A DNA stretch of 64,000 bases from an uncultured Alphaproteobacteria bacterium (GCA_963848625.1 CAWKEC010000004.1:15639-79638); one strand, 5' to 3'. Positions 10,142 through 18,505 are shown, numbered from the stretch's first letter. Notes: generated from the sequence alone by a model not told the origin. Numbers and translations: made by a program.

Positions 10142-11532
10142 ACCGCACGCCACGCCGCGATGATCGCGTCGGCGCTGATATCGATGTCGGACTCTGTAGT
10201 GCGGGCGGAGGTGACCGAGACCCGCATCACCCACTCGCCGCGCCATTCGGCGCCGCCGACAAAGCAGGTGCCGTCTTTTTGGACGCGCGCGATCACCGCC
10301 TCGGTTGCGGCGCGGCGCGAAGCGACATCGCCCGTGCCGAAGGCGAACACCGCCTGGTTGATGACCGGGATGTTGAGCAGCCGGATGCCCGGCTCAGCGC
10401 TCAGGAGCTTTCCGAACCGCTCGGTCAGCGCACAGCAGCGTTCGACCAATTCGGCGATGCCGTCTCGCCCATAGGCGCGAATGATCGCCCACACCGGCAC
10501 GCCGCGCGCCCGGCGGCTCAATTCTGGAACGTAGTTCGAGGGGACACGCGCGCCCTGCTCGATCGCCGGCAGGTAGGATGCCCACTGCGTCATCGCCTTC
10601 AGCAACGCTTCCTTGTCGCGCACGATCGCGAAGCCGGAATCGTAGGGCACCTGCAGCCATTTGTGCCCGTCGGTACACCAGCTGTCGGCAAGCTCGATGC
10701 CCTCGGTAAGATGCCGGCGGGCGGCCGTGGCCCGGGCCCAGAGCCCGAAGGCGCCATCGACATGGAGCCAGGCGTCATGGGCCTTGGCGATGCGTGCGAT
10801 GTCGACGAAGGGATCGAAGCCACCGGTGTTGATCTGGCCGGCCTGCGCGATGACGATCTTGGGACCGCTGACCTTGGCGATCTCTGCTTCGAGCGCGGCG
10901 GGCAGCATCCGGCCCTCGCCGTCGGTCGCGATCTTGATGACACGCTTGTAGCCAAAGCCGATGAGCTGCAGCGAGGCGAACAGGGACGAGTGCGCGTCTG
11001 CGCCGATCAGCACATGCACCGGCGGCGCGCCGAACAGGCCGTCCGCGTCGGGATCCCAGCCGGCCTTGAGCAACGTGCCGGTGCGCGCCGCGGCGAGGCA
11101 GATGCCGTTGGCGACCGTCGCGCCGGTGCAAAAGCCGATGGCGCTGTCGCGCGGCAGATCGAGGAGCTCCAGCAGCCAGCCCTCGGCCACCGCCTCGAGC
11201 GCGGACGTGGCCGGCGTAGGCGAATGAAAAACGGTGTTTTGGCCCCAGGCGGAAACCAGGAAATCCGCGGCGACGCCGACCGGGTGCGACGAGCCGATCA
11301 CCCAGCCATAAAAGCGCGGACCGGCCATCGGCATCAGGCCGCCGTCGCTGAGGCGGACAAGGTCGTCGATGATGGCCTCGGGATCGGCTGCGGCCTCGGG
11401 CAGTGGGGACGCTACGCGCTCGAGCATACCGGCATAGTCGATGGCGAGCGGCTTCGGGTCGACCGAAACGGAGTCCCGGTAGTCGGCCGCATGTGCCGCG
11501 GCGCGGGCGAACAACTCGCGAAATTCAGTCAT
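10102..11532 (-). CDS. Group II PLP-dependent amino-acid decarboxylase
   Basis: WLHVDGAFG and DSWCTDGHKWLQVPYDSG (PLP lysine). Confidence 0.92.
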   Translation of the reverse strand: MTEFRELFARAAAHAADYRDSVSVDPKPLAIDYAGMLERVASPLPEAAADPEAIIDDLVRLSDGGLMPMAGPRFYGWVIGSSHPVGVAADFLVSAWGQNTVFHSPTPATSALEAVAEGWLLELLDLPRDSAIGFCTGATVANGICLAAARTGTLLKAGWDPDADGLFGAPPVHVLIGADAHSSLFASLQLIGFGYKRVIKIATDGEGRMLPAALEAEIAKVSGPKIVIAQAGQINTGGFDPFVDIARIAKAHDAWLHVDGAFGLWARATAARRHLTEGIELADSWCTDGHKWLQVPYDSGFAIVRDKEALLKAMTQWASYLPAIEQGARVPSNYVPELSRRARGVPVWAIIRAYGRDGIAELVERCCALTERFGKLLSAEPGIRLLNIPVINQAVFAFGTGDVASRRAATEAVIARVQKDGTCFVGGAEWRGEWVMRVSVTSARTTESDIDISADAIIAAWRAVQAERPKTSASSR

Positions 11533-11590
11533 CGACGATCCTTGCATCCCAAAAACTGTCGCCCCGCTTATCTCCGAACGCGTCATGCAT

Positions 11591-11611
11591 CCCATGAAGA
11601 TTTATCATGGG
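11591..11611. promoter_or_regulatory. Inverted repeat with a LysR-type T-N11-A core between divergent genes
   Basis: CCCATGA-agattta-TCATGGG. Confidence 0.55.
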
Positions 11612-11675
11612 CGGCATGCGGATGAAGTGATGACCGGCTGCATTCCCCCGGTGGGGGGCGACCGAAGAGGGCAAA

Positions 11676-11852
11676 TTGAGACTATTGCAACTGCATCGCT
11701 GCGCGAAGCCTGGGCGAGCCGATCTCGAGCATCTGGACGCGCTTTGGCTCCGCGAGATGGGCCTCAACCCCGAGGATTTTCGCGACGCTTTCGGCGGGCG
11801 CAGCCGATCGGTGTTGTTCACGCCGTTCCGCGACTGTCCGCCGAAGCGCTGA
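11676..11852 (+). CDS. Small DUF1127-like protein (58 aa; not in the ORF track)
   Basis: AGAGGG then TTG start; MRLLQLHRCAKPGRADLEHLDALWLREMGLNPEDFRDAF..., where LEHLD-x2-WLREMGL resembles the DUF1127 L-x2-L-D-x2-LLRDIGL motif. Confidence 0.6.
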   Translation: MRLLQLHRCAKPGRADLEHLDALWLREMGLNPEDFRDAFGGRSRSVLFTPFRDCPPKR

Positions 11853-11855
11853 ACG

Positions 11856-12950
11856 TCAGGCGGAGAGCTTCTTCATGATCGCCGCGCCCATTTCGGTGGT
11901 GCCGACGGACTTGCCGCCCTGCGCGATATCGCCAGTCCTGAGCCCATCGTTGAGCACCGCGGCGATCGCCCATTCGAGCTTGTCGGCGAGAGCGATCATG
12001 TTGAACGAATAGCGCAGTGCCATCGCAAAGCTCGCGAGCATGGCAATGGGATTGGCGAAGCCCTTGCCGGCGATGTCGGGGGCCGAGCCGTGCACCGGCT
12101 CGTAGAGCGCCTTGCGCTTGCCGGTGACCTTGTCGGGCGCGCCGAGCGAGGCCGAGGGCAGCATGCCGAGCGAACCGGTGAGCATTGCCGCTGCATCCGA
12201 GAGCACGTCCCCGAAGAGATTGTCGGTGACCAACACGTCGAACTGTTTGGGGTTGCGGACGAGTTGCATCGCGGCGTTGTCGGCGAGGATGTGCTCGAAT
12301 TTGACGTCGGGAAAATCTTTGGCGACGGCGTGCGCGACCTCGTCCCAGAGGACACCGGACTTCATGACGTTCTTTTTGTCCGCGGAGTGCACGAGCTTTT
12401 TGCGGGTGCGCGCGAGATCGAAGGCGACGCGCACGATGCGGTCGATCTCGTAGGTCTCATAGACCTGGGTGTCGATGGCGCGCTTTTGCCCGTTGCCGAG
12501 ATCGGTGATGGTCTTGGGTTCGCCGAAATAGACGCCACCGGTGAGCTCGCGGACGATGAGGATATCGAGCCCTTCGATCAGTTCCTTCTTGAGCGAGGAG
12601 GCATCGGCCAGCGCCGGATAGCAGATCGCCGGACGGAGATTGGCGAAGAGCTTCAGATCTTTACGCAGGCGGAGCAGGCCCGCTTCGGGGCGCACCTCAT
12701 ACGGCACCTTGTCCCATTTGGCGCCGCCGACCGCGCCGAAGATCACCGCATCGGCGGCGAGTGCCTTTCCCATGTCGGCTTCGGAAATGGCGACGCCGTG
12801 CTTGTCGTAGGCAGAGCCGCCGACGAGACCCTCATCGGTCGAAAAATCGGCCTTCTGCTCCTTGTTGAGCCAAGCGACGAGTTTTTTGACCTCGCCCATC
12901 ACCTCGACGCCGATGCCGTCGCCGGGAAGCAGGAACAGTTTCTGGGACAT
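11856..12950 (-). CDS. leuB: 3-isopropylmalate dehydrogenase
   Basis: LPGDGIG, RPEAGLLRLRK, NLFGDVLSD, YEPVHGSAPDIAG. Confidence 0.98.
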   Translation of the reverse strand: MSQKLFLLPGDGIGVEVMGEVKKLVAWLNKEQKADFSTDEGLVGGSAYDKHGVAISEADMGKALAADAVIFGAVGGAKWDKVPYEVRPEAGLLRLRKDLKLFANLRPAICYPALADASSLKKELIEGLDILIVRELTGGVYFGEPKTITDLGNGQKRAIDTQVYETYEIDRIVRVAFDLARTRKKLVHSADKKNVMKSGVLWDEVAHAVAKDFPDVKFEHILADNAAMQLVRNPKQFDVLVTDNLFGDVLSDAAAMLTGSLGMLPSASLGAPDKVTGKRKALYEPVHGSAPDIAGKGFANPIAMLASFAMALRYSFNMIALADKLEWAIAAVLNDGLRTGDIAQGGKSVGTTEMGAAIMKKLSA

Positions 12951-12961
12951 GGTTCTCTCGC

Positions 12962-13393
12962 TCAGGAAGTGGAAGGTTGATCCAGCCGTTTTTGCAGGAA
13001 GAAGCGGCTATGGCCCCTGGGGTGGTCCTCGATCGTGCCGAACACGGTGAAGCCGAGCTTTTCGTAGAAACCGCGGGCCTGAAATTCGAAGGTGTCGAGA
13101 AAGATGCCGATGAGTCCCCGGTCCCGCGCGAAGGCTTCGACCCGACCCATCAGCTCGCGTCCGAGCCCCGTCCCACGCTGCTCGGGCGGGATGGCGAAGA
13201 ACTGGATGTAGGCCCAGTCGTAAACCGCATAGCCGGTGGCGCCGCCGCCCGTCTGTTCGCCGGTCGTTGGGTCGGTCATGAAGATCGCCCATTCGAGCGG
13301 CTGGTGATCGCTGGCATAGCTTGCGACGATCGTCTGCATGACGCGGTCGACTTCGGCCTGCGGCGGATCGAGCTTGATTTCGTAGGTGAACAT
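12962..13393 (-). CDS. GNAT family N-acetyltransferase
   Basis: RGTGLGRELM and LDTFEFQARGFYEKLGF. Confidence 0.9.
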   Translation of the reverse strand: MFTYEIKLDPPQAEVDRVMQTIVASYASDHQPLEWAIFMTDPTTGEQTGGGATGYAVYDWAYIQFFAIPPEQRGTGLGRELMGRVEAFARDRGLIGIFLDTFEFQARGFYEKLGFTVFGTIEDHPRGHSRFFLQKRLDQPSTS

Positions 13394-13779
13394 CAGGCCC
13401 CGGCGCCGACGCGCGCCGTCACTTCGATCTCGATTTTCATGGCCGCCTCGATCATCTTGACGATGAGCATGGTCGCCGCGGGTTTGATGTCGCGGAACAC
13501 CGGCCCGACGGCGGCGACGACCTCGTCAACATCCGACGCATCGCCGACATAGTAGACGACGCGAACGGTGTCCCTGAGGGAGGCGCCGGTCTGCTTGAGC
13601 GCCTTGTCGATCGTCGCGAGCGCGTTCCTCGCCTGCTCGCCGACCGCCTCGGGCATCTTCATCGTCGCGTAGTCGTAGCCCGTCGTGCCCGATACATAGA
13701 CCGTGTCGCCGTGCCGCACGGCGCGGGAGTAGCCGAACTTTTCCTCGAAAGGCGAGCCGGTCGAGACGCGTTGTACCAT
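13393..13779 (-). CDS. RidA/YjgF family protein
   Basis: GYSRAVR, YVSGTTG, PAATM, KIEIEVTA. Confidence 0.92.
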   Translation of the reverse strand: MVQRVSTGSPFEEKFGYSRAVRHGDTVYVSGTTGYDYATMKMPEAVGEQARNALATIDKALKQTGASLRDTVRVVYYVGDASDVDEVVAAVGPVFRDIKPAATMLIVKMIEAAMKIEIEVTARVGAGA

Positions 13780-13782
13780 CGC

Positions 13783-14388
13783 TCAGATCCAGGGGCGCGA
13801 GGAATTGACCTTCTGCTCATAGGCAGAAATCTCGGCGCCTTCCTTCATCGTTGCGGCGATGTCGTCGAGGCCTTCGAGCAGCGTGTGCTTGCGCGCCGGA
13901 TCGATGTCGAAATGGAGCGTGCCGCCATCGGGTCCCTTGATGGTCTGCGCCGCGAGGTCGACCGAGATGGTGGCGTTGGAGCCGCGCTCGGCATCGTCCA
14001 TCAGGAGCTTCAGCTGCTCGGGCGTGACGACGATCGGCAGAATGCCGTTCTTGAAGCAGTTGTTGTAGAAGATGTCGGCAAAGCTGGTCGAGATCACGCA
14101 GCGCACGCCGAAATCGAGCAGCGCCCACGGCGCGTGCTCGCGGCTCGAGCCGCAGCCGAAATTGTCACCGGCGACGATGATCTGCGCGTGCCGGTAGGCC
14201 GGCCTGTTGAGCACGAACGCCGGATTTTCCGAGCCGTCCTCGTTGTAGCGCATCTCCGAGAACAGCGCCGAGCCAAGGCCGGTGCGCTTGATGGTTTTGA
14301 GGTACTGCTTGGGGATGATCATGTCGGTGTCGATATTGATGATCGGCAACGGCGCCGCGACGCCCGTGAGCTCGGTAAACTTGTCCAT
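13783..14388 (-). CDS. leuD: 3-isopropylmalate dehydratase small subunit
   Basis: [29 protein letters not shown]. Confidence 0.98.
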   Translation of the reverse strand: MDKFTELTGVAAPLPIINIDTDMIIPKQYLKTIKRTGLGSALFSEMRYNEDGSENPAFVLNRPAYRHAQIIVAGDNFGCGSSREHAPWALLDFGVRCVISTSFADIFYNNCFKNGILPIVVTPEQLKLLMDDAERGSNATISVDLAAQTIKGPDGGTLHFDIDPARKHTLLEGLDDIAATMKEGAEISAYEQKVNSSRPWI

Positions 14389-14454
14389 GGATCAACCCTT
14401 TCGCGGCGGGTAATGGCGCGGCCCCGAGGCGGGGTCAAGTCCGCGCAGCCGAAT

Positions 14455-14700
14455 GCCTCCGGTGGCCCGGATGGCTCCAAGAAGACGGGGCCCGCGAGGC
14501 GCGTGCGCCCCGAGGTATGTTTTATGAGGCGCATACGCCTCGCGGGCGGCAGGATTTCGGAGTGGGGGTCAGTCACGGGCACTCTTGCAGCCCGGGTTAA
14601 GCCCAAACCTCGCGAGGGCAAACGGAGCCTCGCGCCTACCTGTCCCCCCGCCCCGTCCGTTTGACCGGTCCCGTCCGTCGCGGGGGAGATGAGGGAAAGA
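14455..14700. ncRNA. Candidate structured non-coding element (unassigned)
   Basis: Series of stable stems, e.g. cccgcgaggcg...cgcctcgcggg (14491-14546), cgggc-N9-gcccg and cccccg...cggggg; no credible ORF. Confidence 0.35.
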
Positions 14701-14794
14701 TACGCGTGGTGGAAGGTGCGTGGATAGATTTGTGACGGGGGGCGCGGAGAGGGCTGGGAATGCTGGGGTTTGCGCCTTGGACCTTGCAGGCTCC

Positions 14795-14889
14795 GCGACG
14801 GATGGGGGCGGGTCTGGACTCGGTGCTTGTGGCCGCCCCCTCCACCGGCTTCGCCGGTCCCCCTCCCCCGTGCTGCGCACAGGGGAGGA
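14795..14889. repeat. CIR/RIME-like repeat, copy D (left arm truncated, core inverted relative to copy C)
   Basis: Flanks match 6855-6948; core 14811-14833 is the reverse complement of 6870-6892. Confidence 0.85.
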
Positions 14890-14913
14890 ACCTGACTGCG
14901 GACATCGCGAACA

Positions 14914-15223
14914 GGGGTTCCGGCTTTCGCGGGAATGACCTGGTGGGTGGACGCGGCCCAGTTGCCCACCACGGTGTCACCCCAGCGAAAGCTGGGGCCG
15001 ATCCATCGGTCTGCGCAAGAGGTGACTTGGGTCCCAGCTTTCGCCGGGGTGACAGCCGGTGGGAGTTGGGCCGATCGGCGACGCGCCTGAGAGTATCTCT
15101 GGGTGGCCGGGTCTTCGCCCGGCCATGACGGCCGAGAGGATAGGAGCCGAGAAACGGAAATATCGACGCCGCTGTTCGTCTTTCCATCCACCGTCATGGC
15201 CGGGCGCGGACCCGGCCACCCAG
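14914..15223. repeat. Cluster of GTCA-capped REP-like palindromes
   Basis: Half unit ...ttccggctttcgcgggaatgac (14914-14939); doublet tgtcaccccagcgaaagctgggg...cccagctttcgccggggtgaca (14975-15054); outward-facing pair 15099-15131 and 15191-15223 (cgtcatggccggg...cccggccacccag). Confidence 0.85.
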
Positions 15224-15236
15224 CGGAACCTGCGGG

Positions 15237-15539
15237 CTACGCTCCAGCCGGCACGAACTCGAAGGCGTTGTCGAGCACGCCGTCGACGCGGTCGCCGACC
15301 TTGAGGGCGAGCTTCTGGCGCCGGAGCTCGGCAATCCAGTCGTCCCAACCGACGAGGTCGAGCCCGCCGGGGCGATCGGTGTCCTGGCTTTCGCCGGAGT
15401 TGAGCAGATACTGGTCGAACACCAGCCGCAGCACGATCTGGCTGCGCGTGCCCGAGGGCAGCTCCGACCAGGCCGGCATGCCCGAGCGCGCCTCGGCCCA
15501 CTGCCGGATCTCTTCGGGCTTGTTCAAAATGCGCGACAT
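15237..15539 (-). CDS. Hypothetical protein (EEIRQWAEAR.G.PA...LRLVF...WDDW family)
   Basis: GGAG RBS; paralogous to the upstream neighbour 15600-15905. Confidence 0.75.
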   Translation of the reverse strand: MSRILNKPEEIRQWAEARSGMPAWSELPSGTRSQIVLRLVFDQYLLNSGESQDTDRPGGLDLVGWDDWIAELRRQKLALKVGDRVDGVLDNAFEFVPAGA

Positions 15540-15552
15540 CGTCTGCTCCAGC

Positions 15553-15578
15553 AAAAAGGCCCGGCGCGGGCCGGGCCT
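15553..15578 (-). terminator. Intrinsic terminator between the two paralogues
   Basis: Minus strand aggcccgg-cccgcg-ccgggcct followed by a T run. Confidence 0.65.
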
Positions 15579-15599
15579 AGCCACGTAGATGTTTGAACT

Positions 15600-15905
15600 C
15601 TAATTGAGCGACTTGCGGTCGATCAATTCGTATTCGGCCTCCTCGCCGTCGACGACGCGCAGCACCAGATGCTGGCGATCGAGCTCGGCGAGCCAGGCGC
15701 TCCAGCTGATCGGGCTGGCGCCCTGATCGACCTTCGGCATGCCGCTCGGCCGCGCCGGGCGGCCGAACTTGAGGGCCAATTGCGCGCGGAATTCACCGAA
15801 TTCCGTGTGCTGCCGGGTCATTGCCGGCATGCCCTTGCGATCGGTGACCCAAGCCTGGATATCCCGATGTCGCGTAAGTGTATGCGTGCTGTGTGCAGCT
15901 GTCAT
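15600..15905 (-). CDS. Hypothetical protein, paralogue of 15237-15539
   Basis: HRDIQAWVTDRKGMPA...QLALKF...ISWSAWLAELDRQHLVLRV; GGAGGGG RBS. Confidence 0.75.
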   Translation of the reverse strand: MTAAHSTHTLTRHRDIQAWVTDRKGMPAMTRQHTEFGEFRAQLALKFGRPARPSGMPKVDQGASPISWSAWLAELDRQHLVLRVVDGEEAEYELIDRKSLN

Positions 15906-15934
15906 TTGGCTTCCCCTCCAAACGCTCAACTCTC

Positions 15935-15959
15935 AATGTGCGGAATCGGTCAAGGTTCC
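15935..15959 (-). promoter_or_regulatory. Putative EcfG/RpoE2 (general stress response) promoter
   Basis: GGAAC-N16-CATT (GGAAC-N18-TT) about 30 nt upstream of the start codon. Confidence 0.55.
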
Positions 15960-15972
15960 GCCGCTGATCGAG

Positions 15973-16752
15973 CTATTTGGCCACGCGTGTCGCCAAATTA
16001 AGGCGCCTGAGCTCGTCTGCACTTAAATAAGTGAGCCGATCGGGCGGGGTTTCGAGGGCCCGAAGCCAGACCTCCTGGTCGACGCCCATCTCGCTCATGT
16101 AGCGAACGATTTCCGCGGTCATCGACTGCGCCTCCGACATCGCGTCGCCGGCATTGGCGAGGCTGGAGCCGAGCGCGCTGGCCGGCGCCGAGGCGTAGAT
16201 CTGGTGGACGCCGATCGCCGAGTCGGCGGTGGCCACGCGCTCGCGGCCGCCGGCGAAGATCAACGGACAGGACGAGGCGCAAAGCGCTCCCGCCGCGACC
16301 GAGGTCGCAAAGCCCTTGTCGCGGATCAGCCGGCCGATCTTCAGCGCATCGGTGACCGAGCCGCCGGGTGAATTGAGCGCCACGGTTTTGATGTACTCGC
16401 CATGTGCCGCGATTTCGGCGGCGACGCGATCGGCGGCGCCCGGGTCGATGGTGCCGGTGAGCTGCAGGACGCCGCCCGACACCAGCGCGACGCTGAGCGG
16501 ACCGCGGAGCTGGTCGAGCGGCGTCGTGACCGGCGGACCCGGCTTTCCGGCGGGAGCGCTGGGATCGAACGCAGGCAGCACCGGCGTCAGGATGCTGGGA
16601 TCATCCGCAGGAGCGCGGGCGGCCATCTGCGTATAGTCGAGATAAAGGATGACGCCCGTCGCGGCGAGCAGCCCGAAGAACGCCGCGCGGATCAGCGCGC
16701 CGTCCTCGAAGGCGGCGGCCCAGTTGATCAGGCGGCGGGTTGCCGAAGCCAT
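15973..16752 (-). CDS. Membrane-anchored protein with a ClpP/crotonase-like (COG3904-type) domain
   Basis: N-terminal TM, Pro-rich linker, LNSPGGSV, CASSC, IGVHQ. Confidence 0.75.
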   Translation of the reverse strand: MASATRRLINWAAAFEDGALIRAAFFGLLAATGVILYLDYTQMAARAPADDPSILTPVLPAFDPSAPAGKPGPPVTTPLDQLRGPLSVALVSGGVLQLTGTIDPGAADRVAAEIAAHGEYIKTVALNSPGGSVTDALKIGRLIRDKGFATSVAAGALCASSCPLIFAGGRERVATADSAIGVHQIYASAPASALGSSLANAGDAMSEAQSMTAEIVRYMSEMGVDQEVWLRALETPPDRLTYLSADELRRLNLATRVAK

Positions 16753-18113
16753 CAGCTGCGCGGCTTGCGGGCGCTGTCGAGCGCGGTGATGGTCGCGTCG
16801 GGGATGACGGCGGGGGGCGCCGTGGCCGGCGGCGGAGCGGCTGACGGCGGCGCAACGGGAGCTTCCGCGGCAGCTACGATGGGTTCGACAGGGAGCGGCG
16901 TGGGCACCGGCGGTTCGGTGAGCGGCCGGGCGGTGAGCTCGCGATAAAGATCGAGCGAGCGGAGCAGCTCTGCGGCGGTCATGGTGTCGGCCTCGGCGAC
17001 GGTTTCGAGCTCGCGCCGCATCGCGTCGTGGACGACCATCAGCACGAGAACGAGCACGACGGGTAGCAGATCGATCGAGATCGCGCCGGCCCAGCTGGGG
17101 ATGAAGTCGCTCCAGTAGCGCAGCACCGCCTCGGCGGAGGAAAGCGGCGTGAAGCGCGTCGGGGTGACTTTTGGCTGCTTCAGGATTTCGTCGGCCGCGG
17201 CGGAAAGCTGCGAGGATTCGGCGGCGACGGAATCGCGCACCGTGCCCATGACGGTGTCCTGCCGCGATTGCAGGTCGGTCGAGCCGCCATCGGCGATCGG
17301 CGCGATGAAGCCGCCGGCGAGATCGGCGGCGGCGCGCTTCACCGAGGGCGCGACGTCGGTTTCCTGGAGCGAGGTGATCACCGCATTGAGCTGCACGCTT
17401 TCGCCGGCGAAGGCATCGAGGCGCGGCGCGACATCGCCGCCGCCCGAGACCAGCTGCCGCATCTTTTCAAGATGTGCGCTGCCCTGGTCGAACAGCGCCT
17501 GTACCTGGTCGCGCGACGTCGTGATGGTGGTCGCAAGTTCGGTCATCTGCGCCGACATCTGCGTCAGAAGCTGGACGACCGAGCCCGAGCCGGTGGTGCC
17601 GGTGAGCGCGCCCGAATTGCGTTCGTCATCGGCGAGTTTGGCGAACCGGTCGGCGGCACGCTGCACGTCGGGCAGCAGCGATTGCGCCGCGAGCGCATTG
17701 CCATGCGCGGTATCGAGATCGGCGACATCGCCCTCGAGATTGACGGCAAGGTGCTGCTCGAGCGCGGCGGAGCCGGCGAGCGCCGCGGCATTGAGCCAGG
17801 ACGACATCGCCATGATCATGAAGCAGCCGACGATCATCACGAGGAACAGCGACACGCGCTGGCTGGCTTTCGTGACCAGCGGCACAAAGCGCAGCATGAA
17901 GGTCCAGAACGCGTAGATCGCGACCGACACGGCGGCCGAATAGATGATCGCGGCAAAGAATACGAAGGTCGCGGTGCCATCGAGGAGGCCGCGCACGCCG
18001 AGATAGGTGTAGACGCCCGAGGCGAGCGCCAGCACCGCCAGCGCAAAGCGCGTCATCGTCTCGACGCCGGTTACAGTTTCCTGCAGGCGCGCGGCATTGT
18101 TCTTGCGCAGCAT
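16752..18113 (-). CDS. Hypothetical membrane protein: three N-terminal TMs, long helical region, one C-terminal TM, Pro/Ala-rich tail
   Basis: 453-aa ORF with typical codon usage; TGATG overlap with the downstream gene. Confidence 0.8.
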   Translation of the reverse strand: MLRKNNAARLQETVTGVETMTRFALAVLALASGVYTYLGVRGLLDGTATFVFFAAIIYSAAVSVAIYAFWTFMLRFVPLVTKASQRVSLFLVMIVGCFMIMAMSSWLNAAALAGSAALEQHLAVNLEGDVADLDTAHGNALAAQSLLPDVQRAADRFAKLADDERNSGALTGTTGSGSVVQLLTQMSAQMTELATTITTSRDQVQALFDQGSAHLEKMRQLVSGGGDVAPRLDAFAGESVQLNAVITSLQETDVAPSVKRAAADLAGGFIAPIADGGSTDLQSRQDTVMGTVRDSVAAESSQLSAAADEILKQPKVTPTRFTPLSSAEAVLRYWSDFIPSWAGAISIDLLPVVLVLVLMVVHDAMRRELETVAEADTMTAAELLRSLDLYRELTARPLTEPPVPTPLPVEPIVAAAEAPVAPPSAAPPPATAPPAVIPDATITALDSARKPRS

Positions 18114-18242
18114 GTCTGGTCGTCCCCTGAAGTCACGGGAACATTAGCCGAACGATCACGGCGGGAAAACGGCGGCAAGCCCGGCGGCGAGGGGCCCTCG
18201 CGTCGCACAGCTGCCCGTCCTTGCATCGAGACCCTCTAAATT

Positions 18243-18250
18243 GTATATAC
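18243..18250. promoter_or_regulatory. Palindrome GTATATAC, likely autoregulatory operator of brnTA
   Basis: Perfect AT-rich palindrome 6 nt before the toxin start. Confidence 0.5.
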
Positions 18251-18256
18251 GTTTTG

Positions 18257-18505
18257 ATGGAGTTCGAATTCGACATCGAAAAGGACAAGACGAATGTTGC
18301 CAAGCACGGCATCAGTCTTTCCCGGGCGGTCGAACTCGAGATACTCCGCTACGTGCCGGCGGCACGCGGCGGAGAACGGCGCGTCCGTGCGTTCGGACTG
18401 ATCGAAGGCAAATACTATTGTCTCGTGTTTACGTTCCGCCCAAACGCGGTGCGTGCCATCGGCCTCCGCCGGGCCCATCGTGAGGAGGTCGAAGACCATG
18501 AGTGA
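18257..18505 (+). CDS. brnT: BrnT family toxin
   Basis: MEFEFDIEKDKTNVAKHGISL...ERR...VFTFR...VRAIGLRRA. Confidence 0.88.
   Translation: MEFEFDIEKDKTNVAKHGISLSRAVELEILRYVPAARGGERRVRAFGLIEGKYYCLVFTFRPNAVRAIGLRRAHREEVEDHE

Noticed and set aside
14319-15197. ORFs of 292, 183 and 174 aa across the gap upstream of leuD
   Set aside because: Their translations are read-throughs of palindromic repeats (VTPAKAG, SFPRKPE), with no protein-like composition.
14795-15223. Possible CRISPR array
   Set aside because: Units are inverted, belong to different families and are irregularly spaced; there are no identical direct repeats and no cas genes.
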